From contig CM059432.1 of NCBI GenBank assembly GCA_030390025.1, positions 134,726,001-134,790,000 of the forward strand: DNA of 64,000 bases, given 5' to 3'. The notes under the pieces are model-generated. The model saw nothing but the letters and a program-made list of their open reading frames with translations. It was not told where the DNA came from and ran no database searches. The DNA is from Squalus acanthias (lineage: Eukaryota). Both the position numbers and the translations under genes were made by a program. Shown piece after piece: positions 47,566 through 61,516 of this stretch. Each line of letters opens with the position of its first letter. Positions within the stretch are counted from its first letter, which is position 1.

Positions 47566-48479
47566 TTTCAAATAAAGCTGTTGGACTATAACCTGGTGTT
47601 GTGCGACTTCTCACATTTGTTCACAAAATTAGTGAAGAAACCAAGATGGCGGCCAAAAAATGTCAAAAATATTTATAGCAATTTGATTCAGTCTTTTTCT
47701 GTTTTATTGGTGAATTTTGTTGACTCCTCATGCTTGATTTGTGGTTTCCATAGGTGCGCAAGTAGTTCCTCTTTGGAGGTTTACCTACTTTCTTCATTTA
47801 ATTTCTACATTCCTCACCACTTGAGTTGTGAATTGTGATGGTACCTGAGCAGCGTCCTTAAGAGGTTCGGCTGTGTTGCAGGGTCAGCTCCAACGTAGCA
47901 GTTAAACATCATAACCATGTTCTGAACCTCAGACCGCCCATGAGCAACATCACAGGAGATCAGTAAAGTATCTTAAAATAGTAATTTATACTGAAAGCTG
48001 GGCCCAAACAGGGAATATACTTTTAATTACCACAGCTGATAGAGTTCCAATGTTTTATGTCTGCTCACTTTTATACAATTTAGCTGTTAATTTATAACCT
48101 TCCTTAAAATAGGCCTAAATTCTACACTGTAGTTACAACAGGAAGTCAATTCTATTTTACAATGTATTGATTTTTTCTGCTCTTGCAGGACCCACACTTT
48201 AAAAAATAAATTCCCAGAGAAAATCTATAATAGTTGCTACTGATGTTAAGAGTATCTATGCAATTCCACCAGAGCAAATAAATGTCCAATCCATTAATTA
48301 AACTGCCAATTAAATACTATCTGAGCCAGAACGGTGATTTTAAGAAACTTTGCAAATGTTGCATCAGGAATTTTTCCATGTGAAATTAAGATGATCAGCA
48401 AAAGGGAATGTCAAGTTCCCTCCCCCACACCCACAAACCCCATCTGCTCATCCAGGCTGAACCAGGTAAGTGCACAACT

Positions 48480-49110
48480 CAGATTTCTGTTTGACCCTGA
48501 GCTGACCTTCTTGCCCACGTCCAGTCGATCGCCAAGAATGGACTTTTCTATTTCTGGAACACTGTGCCCCATCTCCCTCCTTTCCTGTGTTGAAATGCTC
48601 ATCTTTCGTCACTTGGAGAATTAATATTTTTTGGAACGCTCTCCTCGCCCACCTCCTCTTCTGCAGCCGTAACCAATTCTAGTTAATTCAGAGGTCTTCC
48701 TCCCCTCTCAAACAATCCAGCACACCCACCACCCCTTGATTTCCCAAGCTCCAGCACATTCAATGCAACGTCCTTATCCTAATGAACAAATGCCCTCATG
48801 GTCTCGCTCCACTTTATCGGAACGGACTTGTTCAGTCATACATCCCAGGCTACACCCTCCACTCCTCCCATGCCAGATTTCTGCTCGTCTCCTGCTCTAT
48901 TAAGGTCAATTCTACAGTCATTAGACCCCTGTTCTTTGGAACTCTCTCCCTAAACAGCTTTGTTTGCAGCTCCTCTTCCTTTGTTCAAATGCCTTTTAAA
49001 AGCCAGGCTTTCAGTCTCCCCTCAGTTTTTTTTGTCTCCTACTTGGCATCCTTCTTTTTCCCTTTAAAACACTCAGACATTCTTTTGCTTAAGGGCTCTA
49101 TATTAATGCA
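48480..49110 (+). mobile_element. Very degenerate L2 3' portion
   Basis: TTTGACCCTGAGCTGACCTTC, HGLAPLY-like peptide, TGGAACTCTCTCCCTAAAC and CTATATTAATGCAAG tail. Confidence 0.6.
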
Positions 49111-50192
49111 AGATAGTGCACTTTTTTTTAAACATCAGTATCTTTCTGTCTTGTTGCATACATCAACTGAATCAAATCTGAATTGCATTAAATCACTATG
49201 GAAGCATCCTTTTAGTTTTAAATGACAGTACCTGCATCAACTGTCGACAAAGTGAAAGGATAACGAGTTTGATGCACTATACATTAAGCAGTGCGACTTA
49301 TAGTTCAGTTCCAGGTTTGTGTAAAAAGTTTGATACTTTAAGCCCTTTCATTTTCAAAGATTATTGATTAGGTCTAATATTATGACTATTAAACTATCAA
49401 ATATTGCTGTAAATTAGTCCCTATACCAGGACAGAAACTCCACTAAAGCACGAATACTATGACAAAATGTTCATAACCAAGCGTACAATACACTAATTCA
49501 AACCGGGAGTAACACAGGTTACCAGAGCACAATAAAGCAGTGGCAACTAAATGATAATGTTCTGCATGTTAATTCAAACATGTAGTTGCAACAGTAAACT
49601 GCGTCAAAATATTCATCTGTATTATTATAAGCTCTGAAGGCAGGAAGAGATTACACAAATAACAAACTGCACTATTAGCTGATAAAAAAAAGTTACTATT
49701 CTGATTTTGTTTTTAAATTAATAGCTCGTTGTTCTGCAAGTATTCAAAAACTACCTACACACACACTAGTGTATTCCCCATCCAAAATAAGTTACTTCCA
49801 TGCATAAGCTTAGCTTCATCAACAGTATTTTAAACCTACTGGATCTAAAATCGTTACTGTAAGGGATCAGCACAAAAATAAACAAATACTTACATTTATC
49901 TAGAGAGCACCTTATCATGTGGTTGAAATGTCTCAGTGAATTACTTTTGGACTGCAGATTGCAGTTATGTATCCAAACATTGTGTGGTCTGGCTTTCAGC
50001 ACATCGTTTATAACAGAGTGGTATGAAATTAAAAATAATGAAGAACTGGACTGATCAAGCTCAATTCTTAATAACATAATTTCATGCATTGATCATCCCA
50101 TTACAAACGGCCACTGCCGCTCACAAACGCTGCAAATGATCACATTTCCATCTGATTTGAATCAGTTTCTTTTCTAATTTTTGTTTGCTCAC

Positions 50193-50370
50193 CTCTTTGT
50201 CCATACTCTCCAGGTCCTCTTTGCAGAGTGTGTAGAGGGGCATTGTCTCAGACATGCTAGGCTGACGCTTCCGACCTCCAGCCCGTGATGGGCCAGGCTT
50301 CTCCTCACTCTGACTGGAGATAGGCAGTTCATCTTCATCTAACATCTGATGCTGGTGAGGCTGTACAACT
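50193..50370 (-). CDS. CTDP1: Internal coding exon of RNA polymerase II CTD phosphatase subunit 1 (FCP1), C-terminal region
   Basis: Encodes ...PGPSRAGGRKRQPSMSETMPLYTLCKEDLESMDKE, which I recognise as vertebrate CTDP1. Poly-T tract plus GCAG acceptor (AG at 50372-50371) and GTGAGC donor (GT at 50192-50191). 178 bp, phase 2 to phase 0. Confidence 0.92.
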
Positions 50371-53129
50371 CTGCAAAAAAAAAACACAACCTCGTTTAAG
50401 GCAAATTTTGAAATTAGTAAGATTTTGATTTGCTGTACTAGGGGAAGAGAAAGGCAGGGTCAATTTTTTTCCCCCAATACTAGAACTTTTCCAGTTTTAA
50501 TATCTTTGTCCAACAGCAGCAGCAAAAAACAAACACACGCATAAAATATTTAATGGAACCTAACATATTTCTTTCAATCATTTACAACATCCCAAACCCA
50601 ATTAGAATTGGGTATGGGAATAATATTGAGAGGAGCAATAGTCTACAAAATGAGTTTGGGGAGTTTGGTTATGAGATAATTATTCCATCTGTCCAGGGCT
50701 ATGTTGAGATTCAAAAAATACTGTAAAAGGGTGCCGCAGTTGAACTGGACATGTTTAACTGGTGCTGCTACAGATCTAGAATGTTAAATCAAACCACTCT
50801 TTTACTTTTGTTTCAATCCCTTTGGGAAAAAAACAAACCGGGAAGAGGAGGGAAGCTGTAAACAACTGAATTGTCAAGTAACTATTAAAATTGGTGGTGG
50901 GTGGGGGGGGAACTGAATTATTTGGTGAATTAAATCAATGCCCTTTCACCCTTGGATAAAAATTCAACCAGACTATTGGTTTCCCTCTCTCCTCTTTCTG
51001 CTACCTGCAATGATACAATTGTAAAATACACCTTGGCAATCTCCATCCGGTGAGGAAGAGTCTAAAGAAAATTAAACTGTTCACTATAATGAACAACTGG
51101 TACTAAATTGACACTTTCACTCAAAAAACGATAAGTATTTTAGATCTGCGATATTGGGTAACAGAATAACATTTACAGCTTTAAGCATTAATTTTCTGCT
51201 GACGTATTTGACTGAATTGTCTAAAAAGAGTCCATAGTCTACATTGCTCCCCATTGTAAGAATCATGGCTAATCTAAACTTCTTAAACAAAAATATTTCC
51301 CGAAAGTTTCCAAGAGAAATGAGTGCTGCCAGTTTAAGCAGCTACTGCATCCGGTTTAATCGAGTGTACACTGTTGGAAGGGCCTCAAGATGTTGCATCA
51401 TATTCAATCCACTGGAGAGGCGGGACCATGCTGAGCAGGTCCACTGGGTTTTTTTTGAACACGAGTAGGCCATTCAGCCTCTCAAGCCTGTTCCGCCATT
51501 CAATTGGATCATGGCTGATCTGTATCACAACTCCATCTACCCCCTTGGTTCCGTACCATTCCAAGTAGATATATCGTCTATGCTGAACCGCTATACTGAT
51601 TTGAATACATATTTGAATGCAGAGACCACTGGCTTTCATGTCTCAAAGTACTAGATCACACTGGTGTTGTTCGGTGTAGGAATGAGGTTTGGAAAGAATT
51701 AGACACCAGCCAGACTGAAGTGAACACCAACTTGTTGATGTGCCATGCTGCCCGGCAAATTGCTCGTCGCCCAAGTGAAAAGCTCATCTGGAGAAAAAGG
51801 AATGAATTATAGCTATAACTACATCTACTGTTATATGATGCCTCACTGCAGTACTATTGATAGACTTTTGGCAGCAGCTTATATTGTCGCAAGTATTTTC
51901 AAAACAATTGTGCAGATAAATCAGGTACAAAGAATTGTAAAATGAATCTGGAAGAAAGATGGCCACAACCAGAACTATTCTCTACTTATATAGGAGTGTT
52001 ATCAGCAGCATTTCAGGAAAACAAAGTACAGTATGTCTACTTCAACTGAGAAGAACGCTAGGCAGTATAATTAGATTTTCTTTTTCCAAACTTGGGGTAT
52101 GTCTGGAGAGAGCATTATGAGTTCTACACAACTAGGATGAAGTACCGGTAATGATAGTGGTGGGATCAATTTAAAGGCATAATCAGCACATTGTCTCTAT
52201 AAAAACAAATTGGATCAGGCCAAGCCCAATCTGCAATGTTACCTGTTGCAAGTGTTTTGTTAAACACAGTTCATCTTTTATTCTCTTTTACTAGATCTCA
52301 GGGCACTTTTCAGTTGCCCAAAAGGTGTGGCGCATTTAATTGTGGACTAATATTCTGTGTAATAAAGAAAATTAGAAATCAGCTGTTTCTAAAGTTTGTT
52401 CTTCCAAAAGGCGGCCTATGGGAACAAATCCAATAATCCCAAATTGCCTTTGAATGTTTCGTGGTTATACATAGTTATTGAAGAAATGGATCAACCGAGT
52501 GGAGCCAACTTGACAGGAAAAATGCACAACATATTCCTGAATTGCACAGTGCACAACGACATTCTGAGCACGTGTGTGAAATGACACTCTTTCCCCGCAC
52601 GTATCGACTTATTAAGGCGCAGATGACTCATGTCATTTTTATTACGTCAAATTTTATTACGCGATTTAAATGAGGAAAGAAACATCGAGTTGGATTATGG
52701 TTCCGAACATTTTTTGCATGCTTGGCAATCATTTTGGTATCAAACACTGGAGCGTAATATAATTTCCATGCTGTTAAAAATAAAACACCACCATCAATCA
52801 AGTGTTGGTTAATTTTATTTTGTTGCAAAACTGTGTAGTCATGTAGAAGGTGAACCATTAAAAAACCAATGTTGTTGTGATAAGATCTCAATGATATTCA
52901 GTTACAATGATTAATGGAAACATCAATCTTCTGATTAGATTATCTTTATAGTTTGTGCCGTGACAATTTTTCACACAGTATTCTTCCCCTTTAGAATCAG
53001 ACAGTCAGTGACATTGCACAACAGAGTGTTTTTTTCTTGTTGAAGAAACAGTTTCGCACATTGGTACCAGTACAATTTAGGAAAATTGCACAAGCCAGTA
53101 ACTTTTAATGATGGATGGTATTCTTAATT

Positions 53130-55320
53130 ATCACACTGAGAACACCCTCCATCGTGTTGTGTGGTACTACCACCGTGCTAAAAGGGATAGATTCAGAACA
53201 GATCTAGCAGCTCAAAACTGGGCATCCATGAGGCGCTGTGGGCCATCAGCAGAATTGTATTCCACCACAATTTGTAACCTCATGGCCCGGCATATCCCTC
53301 ACTCTACCATTACCACCAAGCCAGGGGACCAACCCTGGTTCATCAACGAGTGTAGAAGAGCATGCCAGGAGCAGCACCAGGCGTACCTAAAAATGAGGTG
53401 CCAACCTGGGGAAGCTGCAACACAGGACTACATGCATGCGAAAAAGCGGAAGCAGCATGTTATAGACAGAGCTAAGCAATCCCACAATCAACGGATCAGA
53501 TCAAAGCTCTGCAGTCCTGTCACATCCAGTCGTGAATGGTGGTGGACCATTAAACAACTAACGGGAGGAGGAGGCTCCAAGAATATCCCCATCCTCAATG
53601 ATGGTGGAGCCCAGCACGTGAGTGCAAAAGACAAGGCTGAAGCGTTTGCAACCAACTTCAGCCAGAAGTGCCGAGTGGATGATCCATATCGGCCTACTCC
53701 TGAAGTCCCCACCATCACAGAAGCCAGTCTTCAGCCAATTCGATTCACTCCACATGATATCAAGAAACGGCCGAGCGCACTGGATACAGTAAAGGCTATG
53801 GGCCCCGACAACATCCTGGCTATCGTGCTGAAGACTTGTGCTCCAGAACTAGCCGCGCCTCTAGCCAAGCTGTTCCAGTACAGCTACAACACTGGCATCT
53901 ATCCGACAACGTGGAAAACTGCCTAGGTATGGCCTGTCCACAAAAAGCAGGACAAATCCAACCCGGCCAATTACCGCCCATCAGTCTACTCTCAATCATC
54001 AGCAAAGTGATGGAAGGTGTCATCGACAGTGCTATCAAGCGGCACTTACTTACCAATAACCTACTCACTGATGCCCAGTTTGGGTTCCGCCAAGACCACT
54101 CGGCTCCCGACCTCATTACAGCCTTGGTCCAAACGTGGACAAAGGAGCTGAATTCCAGAGGTGAGGTGAGAGTGACTGCCCTTGACATCAAGGCAGCATT
54201 TGACCAAGTCTGGCATCAAGAAGCCCTAGTAAAACTGAAGTCAATGGGAATCAGGGGTAAAACGCTCCACTGGCTGGAGTCATACCTAGCACAAAGGAAG
54301 ATGGTTGTGGTGGTTGAAGGTCAATCATCACAGCCCCAGGCCATCGCTGCAGGAGTTCCTCAGGGCAGTGTCCTAGGCCCAACCATCTTCAGCTGCTTCA
54401 TCAATGACCTTCCCTCCAACATAAGGTCAGAAATGGGGATGTTCACTGATGACTGCACAGTGTTCCGCACCATTCGCAACTCCACAGATAATGAAGCAGT
54501 CCATGCCCGCATGCAACAGGACCTGGACGACGTTCAAGCTTGGGCTGATAAGTGGCAGGTAACATTCGCGCCACAGAAGTGCCAGGCAATGACAATCTCC
54601 AACAACCAAGAGTCCAACCACCTCCCCTTGACATTCAATGGCATTACCATCACCGAATCCCCCACTATCAACATCCTGGGGGTCACCATTAACCAGAAAC
54701 TTAATTGGACCAGCCACATAAATACTGTGGCAACAAGAGCAGGTCAGAGGCTGGGTATTCTGAGGCGAGTGTCTCACTTCCTGACTCCCCAAAGCCTTTC
54801 CACCATCTACAACGCACAAGTAAGGAGTGTGATGGAATACTCTCCACTTGCCTGGAGGAGTGCAGCTGCAACAACACTCAAGAAGCTCGACACCATCCAG
54901 GCCAAAGCAGCCCGCTTAATTGGCACACCATCCACCACCTTAAACATTCACTCCCTTCACCACCGGCTTACCGTGGCTGCAGTGTGTACCATCTACAAGA
55001 TGCACTGCAGCAACTCGCCAAGGCTCCTTCGGCAGCACCTCCCAAACCCACGACCTCTTCCACCTAGAAGGACAAGGGCAGCAGGCGCATGGGAACACCA
55101 CCACCTCCAAGTTCCCCTCCAAGTCACACACCATCCTGACTTAGAAGTATATCGCCGATCCTTCATCGTCACTGGTTCAAAATCCTGGAACTCCCTACCT
55201 AACAGCACTGTGGGAGTACCTTCACCACACGGACTGCAGCGGTTCAAGGCGGCGGCTCACCACCACCTTCTCAAGGGCAACTAGCGACGCCCTGATCCCA
55301 TAAACGATTAAAAAAAAAAA
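53130..55320 (+). mobile_element. 5'-truncated CR1-group LINE, same family as 38088-40963
   Basis: 272-aa and 482-aa ORF pieces with RT motifs (GVPQGSVLGP, FTDD) and a poly-A end. Confidence 0.93.
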
Positions 55321-55882
55321 ATTGTTCCCCACCACCAGTGATTAACTATAACTAGCAATACACAACATCTCAAAGTACCCCGAGACAGTCCCTGTGCTTG
55401 AAAGGTCAAAATCAATCATTGCACTGCTAGGTATTTTCAGTTCACACTGGCTGCGGCAACATAGGACTTAATGGCCTCGAAATTCGGGTGTTTAACGTCA
55501 CCCGTTACCGCCATATTCAAGCGAAAACTGACGGCTGCCGCTCTTCTGCCAGCGGCTCCCGTGGTGGCAGACATTTTGCGATAGCTGGCAGCGCTGTCGA
55601 TAGAAGCGATTGAAATTAAGTAGATCGCGATGTCAGTGAGTGTGCAACGTTCACTCGATGCCCGATCTGCGACACTGGATTTCGCCGCTGCGCTTACCAG
55701 CACGCCTCAACGACGACAGGCAGAGCGAGCATTCAGCAGCAGGCAGGCGGCTCCAGCAGCGGTATTTAAAAAGAGATCATCAGCAATCACTTGCACCTGA
55801 CATGTTTGTTCAGTTTGACTGGCTCTGTGTAACTTTCTGCAAACTCCACCAGCTTTATTAACTTCTTTCAAGGTTCTAAGGT

Positions 55883-58138
55883 AGAATCATAGAATGGTTA
55901 CAGCACGGAAGATCATTCGGCCCACTGAGCCCGTGCCGGCTCTCTGCAAGAGCACTTCAGCTAGTCCCACTCGCCTGCCCTTTCCCTGTAGCCCTGCAAA
56001 TTTCTTTCCTTCAGGTACTTATCCAATTCCCTTTTGAAAGCCACGATTGAATGTGCCTCCACCACCCTTTCAGGAAGTGCATTCCAGATCCTAACCACTC
56101 GCTGCGTAAAAAAGTTTTTCTTACGTCGCCTTTGGTTCTTTTGCCAATCACCTTAAATCTGTGTCCTCTGGTTCTCGACCCTTCCACCAATGGGAACAGT
56201 TTCTCTCTATCTACTCTGTCCAGACCCCTCATGATTTTGAACACCTCTATCAAATCTCCTCTCAATCTTTTCTGCTCTAAAGGAGAACAACCCCAGCTTC
56301 TCCAGTCTTTCAACGTAACTGAAGTCCCTCATCCCTGGAATCATTCTCGTAAATCTTTTCTGCACCCTCTCTAAGGCCTTCACATCCTTCCTAAAGTGTG
56401 GTGCCCAGAATTGCTCACAGTACTCCAGTTGAGGCCGAACCAATGTTTTATACAGGTTCATCATAATTTCCACGCTTTTGTACTCTATACCACTATTCAT
56501 GAAGCCCAGGATCCCATTAGCCTTTTTAACTGCTTTCTCAACCTGCCCTGCCACCTTCAACGATTTGTGCACACATACCCCCAGGTCTCTGTTCGTGCAC
56601 TCCCTTCAGGATTGTACAATTTAGTTTATATGTCCTCTACTCATTCATTCTACCAAAATATATCACTTCACACTTTTCTGTGTTAAATTTCATCTGCCAC
56701 GTGTCCACCGATTTCACCAGCCTGTCTATGTCTTCCTGAAGTCTTTCACTCTCCTCCTCACTGTTCACTATACTTCCAAGTTTTGTCTCATCTGCAAATT
56801 TTGAAATTGTGCCCTGTACACCCACGTCCAAGTCATTAATATATATCAAGAAAAGCAGTGGTCCTAGAACCGAGCCCTGGGAAACACCACTGTATATCTT
56901 CCTCCAGTCTGAAAAACAACCGTTCACCACTACTCTCTGTTTCCTATCACTTAGCCAATTTCATATCCATGCTGCCACTGTCCCTTTTATTCCATGGGCT
57001 TCAACTTTGCTGGCAAGCCTATTATGTGGCACTTTGTCGAACGCCTTTTAGAAATCCATGTACACTACGTCAACTGCATTACCCTCATCAACCCTCTCTG
57101 TTACCTCATCAAAGAACTCAATCAAGTTAGTTAAACACGATTTGCCTTTAACAAATCCGTGCTGGCTTTCCTTAATTAATCCACACTTGTCCAAGTGACT
57201 GTTAATTTTGTCCCTGATTACTGTTTCTAAAAGCTTCCCCACTACTGAGGTCAAACTGACTGGCCTGTAGTTGCTGGGTTTATCTTTACACCCTTTTTTG
57301 AACAATGGTGTTACATTTGCAATTCTCTAGTCCTCTGGCACCATCCCGTATCTAAGGAGGATTGGAATATTATGGCCAGTACCTCTATGATTTCCTCCCT
57401 CAATTCGCTCAGCATCCTAGGATGCATCCCATCCACTCCTGGTGATTTATCTACTTTAAGTACAGCCAGCCTTTCTAATATCTCCTCGATCAATTTTTAT
57501 CCCATCAAGTATCGCCACTACCTCCTCCTTTACTATGTCTATGGCAGCATCCTCTTCCTTGGTGAAGACAGATGCAAAGTACTCGTTTAGCACCTCAGCC
57601 ATACCCCTCTGCCTCCATTGCATAGCTCTCCTTTTTGGTCCCTAATCGGCCCCACCCCTCCTCTTACTACCGGTTTACTATTTATATGCCTATAGAAGAC
57701 TTTTGGACTACCTTTTATGTTGGCTGCCATTCTATTCTCATACTCTCTCTTTGTCCCTCTTATTTTCTTTTTCACTTCTCCTCTGACCTTTCTATATATA
57801 GCCTGATTCTCAGATGTATTTGCAACCTGACATCTGTCATACGCGCTCTTTTTCTGCTTCATCATATTCTCTATCTCTGTTGTCATCCAGGGAGCCCCGA
57901 CTTTAGTTGCCCTGTCTTTCCCCCTAGTGGGAATGTCCCTCAACTGTACCTGAACTATTTCCTCTTTAAAGGCAGCCCATTGTTCCATTACAGTTTTGCC
58001 TGCCAATCTTTGATTCCAGTTTACCCGGGCCAGATCCGTTCTCATCCCATTGAAATTGGCCTTCCTCCAATTAAACACTTTTACTCCAGATTGCTCCCCG
58101 TCCTTTTCCATAGCTAATCTAAACCTTATGATACCATG
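55883..58138 (-). mobile_element. Canonical vertebrate CR1 LINE, 5'-truncated, nested in the Harbinger
   Basis: NYRPVSLTSVVGKLLE, QHGFVKGKSCLTNLIEFF, GVSQGSVLGPLLFLIYINDL, KFADE and YKTLVRPQLEYC. The 3' end carries ATTCTATG-type repeats. Confidence 0.95.
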
Positions 58139-58215
58139 ACAGGGAGTGTTGTTGCAAGTGCAGAACGCCTTAATTATTTTTTAAAGGCTTCTGCTCACAA
58201 CACTTGCTCACAATC

Positions 58216-59472
58216 ATGGGGGCTGTATTGGCAGTCGACCTCGCGCTCCAGGATCTTCGGCAGAGGGAGCGAAGGCAGCGAAGAAGAGGAGAAGATGCGC
58301 ATAAAGGGAGGAGGAGGGCCATGTGGGCTCTCAACAGGAGGCCTTATCCACCTAGGGTCTTCCGAGAGCACTTCTCCTTAAGCCAGGATCAGTGTATTAG
58401 GAGGCTCCGCTTCACCAAGGAGGTGGTCACAGAACTCTGCCACCTCCTGCAACCAGACCTGCAGCCTGACAGCAGGGTGACCACGGCTCTCCCAGTGGCA
58501 GTCAAGGTCACCACGGCCCTCAATTTCTTCCCCAGCGGATCCTTCCGGTCTGCAGGAGGAGACACAGCTAACATCTCCCAGTTCACCGTCCATCGCTGCA
58601 TCCGGGAGGTCACTGAGGCTCTCTACAGCAGGAGAAGGGACCACGTTGTCTTCTCTCTGAGCAGAGAGAAGCAGGGCGAGCGCACCTGTGGCTTTGCCAG
58701 GATAGCGGGCTTCCTCATGGTGCAGGGCGGTACTGACTGCACACCCACGTGGGTTTGCGGGCGCCACACAATAATCCTGAGATCGTCCGTAACTGCAAAG
58801 GCTACCACTCAATGTGCAGGTGGCATGCGACCACAACCAGCGATTCCTCAATGTCAATGCCCGCTATCCTGGCAGCAGTCATGATGCCTCATCCTGCATC
58901 AGTCCGGTGTGCCAGCAATCTTCCAGCCACCACAGCAAACTCGACGGTGGCTGCTCAGAGACAAGGGCTATCCGCTCTCCACCTGGCTTATGACTCCCCT
59001 CCTCAACCCCCAACACTCGTATAATGAGAGCCATGCTTCCACCAGGAACATCATCGAGCAGATCATCGGGCTACTGAAGCAATGGTTCTGCTGTCTTAAC
59101 CGCTTGGGAGGAGCCCTCCAGTACACGACAGAGTGGCTGTCCCATTCTGTGGTGGTCTGCTGCAAGCTTCACAACTTGGCCATCATGAGGGTGCAGCCCT
59201 TGCCAGCAGGGATTGTGGCACCACCTCAGGGGGACGACAAAGAGGAGGAGCAAGAGGAAGAGGAGGGAGGGAGGAGGCAGGCAGCCATTCGTCCTTCCAG
59301 ACCGGCTGTCCATGAACAGCTCATCAGACTCCGATTCCAATCGATGAAACCCCAGATCCCCGTTGCTCACCACACCCCCATCATACCAGCCCTCTGTCAC
59401 GGAATATCACAGCGTCCTCCTGGGCACAAAGCTGAAATAAGAGCCACCACAAAAGATTCCAAACAAAATTAA
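58216..59472 (+). pseudogene. Harbinger DDE transposase (frameshifted)
   Basis: RRPYPPRVFRE, RLRFTKEVVTELC, GGTDCT (D), RDKGYP (D) and RNIIEQ (E). Frameshifts at about 58750-58900. Confidence 0.9.
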
Positions 59473-59584
59473 TAAATTTATCAAAAATCAGTGAACACAT
59501 ATTTACAGGAAAAATATTAACTAATCACCCTTGTGCAATCCTTTAGTGCCTGTTGTTTGTATGCCTTTTCCTAATCTGGTGCTC

Positions 59585-59688
59585 CTAACAGTGACTCCAC
59601 TTCAAAAATACTTCATTGGCGGCAAAGCACTTTGAGACGTCCGGTGGTTGTGAAAGGCGCTATATAAATGCAATCTTTCTTTCTTTCT
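59585..59688 (+). mobile_element. SINE 3' tail inserted at the end of the Myb-like gene
   Basis: ACAGTGACTCCACTTCAAAA...GAAAGGCGCTATATAAATGCAATCTTTC. Confidence 0.85.
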
Positions 59689-59689
59689 A

Positions 59690-61516
59690 CGAAGTGGTCC
59701 CCCAGTAGCTGCAGCATGGCTGCTGAGTTTCCATAGCAAAGACTTCAGATGGCCTTGCAGGATGACCTCGAGCAGCTCTGGCCCTAAAAAGCCCGGCTGT
59801 AGACTGCACCACCTTGGCATGGGTGGCAGCAGTCTGGGCTGGCTGGCCGACAGACAGCAGCAAGGGCAATGGCGGAGTGGCAGAGGTGGGAACAGGAATA
59901 CTGTCATCTTGAGAGAGGACAGCGGGGTCCTCCTGCTCCACTGGCCCACTGCCACTCCCCTGGGGCAGCTCCTCAGCACTCCCAGAAATCTGTTGGAGCA
60001 CAGATTACTGGGCTGCTGTGACACCCTGCAAGCCCCGGTCGACAGTGGTAAACCCAGCCACGATGGCAGCAGTCTGAGCTTAGGTGGCACCAAGCAGAGA
60101 CTGCATGAGAGCAGTCTGAGCTTCCGCTGCAGCACTGAGACGTTGGGTCGCTTCCACCTGTGCGGCAATAGAAGCTGCGACATCGCCCTTGATGCGCACC
60201 ATCGCGTGTGGTTCGCCACGGTCTCTCTGGGAGTGTACCATCATTTCCAGGCTGGAAATCCTGGGCTCCATGCTCTGCGCAGAACCCCGTGTAATGTTGC
60301 AGGCGGACTCCTCCAAACTCCTTGACATTGCCGAGGTGCTCTCTGGCAGGCTTACCATTGCACCCATCAATTCGGTGTGCATGCCCATCACCCTTCTTCT
60401 GAAGGCCGCCCCATTGAAATCCTCATCAGAGTCCTGTGCAGCAAAACTCACACGCGAACTCGCCCTCCGGGGAGCTGGCCCCCAAGCTACCTTTTCCCCC
60501 TGGCCTTGCTGCAGCCCACTCGTGTCTGGTGCATCACCCTTTGCAGATCCTGCTGCTACACTAGCCTCTAAAGTACGCATAGTGCCAGTTTCTGAGCTGG
60601 TGTCAGTGAGCGACAGATGCAGTGACGTGGTGTCTTCTTCCTCCTCTTCTCCTCCTCCCTCACCCTCCGCGGTGATCTCTGGGACGGGCTGCTCGGCTGC
60701 TTGTTGATTATCTGAAAGCAGAAAGGCAAAAGAGTCGGGTTACGGTGAGGGGAGGGCGGGGGATGGAAGCCAGATATGCATGCATACAGCAGGAGTAGCT
60801 TGAAAGTGAGAAAAGATTGTGGGATGAGGGGAAAGTGGCGACGTGAGAAGGAGGATTAGGAATGAACATACCGTTGTTGTCCCCAAGGGGTTCAATCTCG
60901 CTGGTTGCCACAGCCTCTACCACATGCCGCCCAATTAGCTGGAGAACTCGTTCCTCGAGCTGGCTGAAGTCCTGGGTTTCAGCCTGGCCTCCACCTGTCT
61001 GCTGCTGCTCCCTTCGATTATGTGCCAGCTTGGCCTGCAAGAGAAATACAAGTGTGTGAGTGAGTCTAGTGCAATGTGATTGGGTGATGTGCCTGCCATA
61101 GTTGAATAGCTGTCAGGATGTGCAAGGTGTGAGATGTGCAGCAGTGGTAAGGTTGTAAGGGTGAAATGAAGCCATGATTGTGAGGTGTGAGTGGTGATAG
61201 GTAAAGATTGGTAGGTGAGTGCTGGGGGTGTGGTGCTTTGAGCAGCGTGTGAGGCAGATGGTGGGATATGGCATTTGCTGAAGCTTTCACTCACCTTGAC
61301 CCCCTGTGTGAGGTAATTAAACTTCTTCCAGCACCGGATGGTGGACTGTGGCACCACAGTACTCGCCGTTACATGGTCCACTATCTCCTGCCACATGGTA
61401 CGGGACGTGTACGACGAGGGCTTCCTGCCACTTTGGAGGTAGAGTACAGCCCGCCTCCTCTCCACGGACACTACGAGCGCCTCCAGAGCTTTATCCCTGG
61501 TACATCGATCTGCCAT
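59690..61516 (-). pseudogene. Harbinger Myb/SANT-like DNA-binding partner gene; 3 exons (61516-61295, 61034-60872, 60711 to about 59690)
   Basis: Exon 1 has LEALV..V..RR.VL..W..I...V......C.KKFN.L (trihelix Myb/SANT) and exon 2 has RREQQQTGGG..LEERVL. GT-AG junctions keep frame (phases 0 and 1). Exon 3 is acidic then coiled-coil-like and has two in-frame stops. Confidence 0.85.

Larger units (their letters stand above)
42842..47619. mobile_element. Penelope-derived fold-back (second family) split by the Gypsy element
   Basis: 42842-42936 plus 47417-47619 form inverted arms. 12-bp TSD TTCACAAAATTA at 42830-42841 and 47620-47631. Confidence 0.85.

Noticed and set aside
51385-51639. 84-aa ORF near the CTDP1 exon considered as a neighbouring exon
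   Set aside because: It overlaps a CR1-type 3' tail (ATCAGCCATGATC...GAATGGCCTACTC on the minus strand) and shows no CTDP1 similarity.
59762-60707. Plus-strand ORFs of 187 and 172 aa
   Set aside because: Antisense shadows of the GC-rich Myb/SANT partner exon 3.
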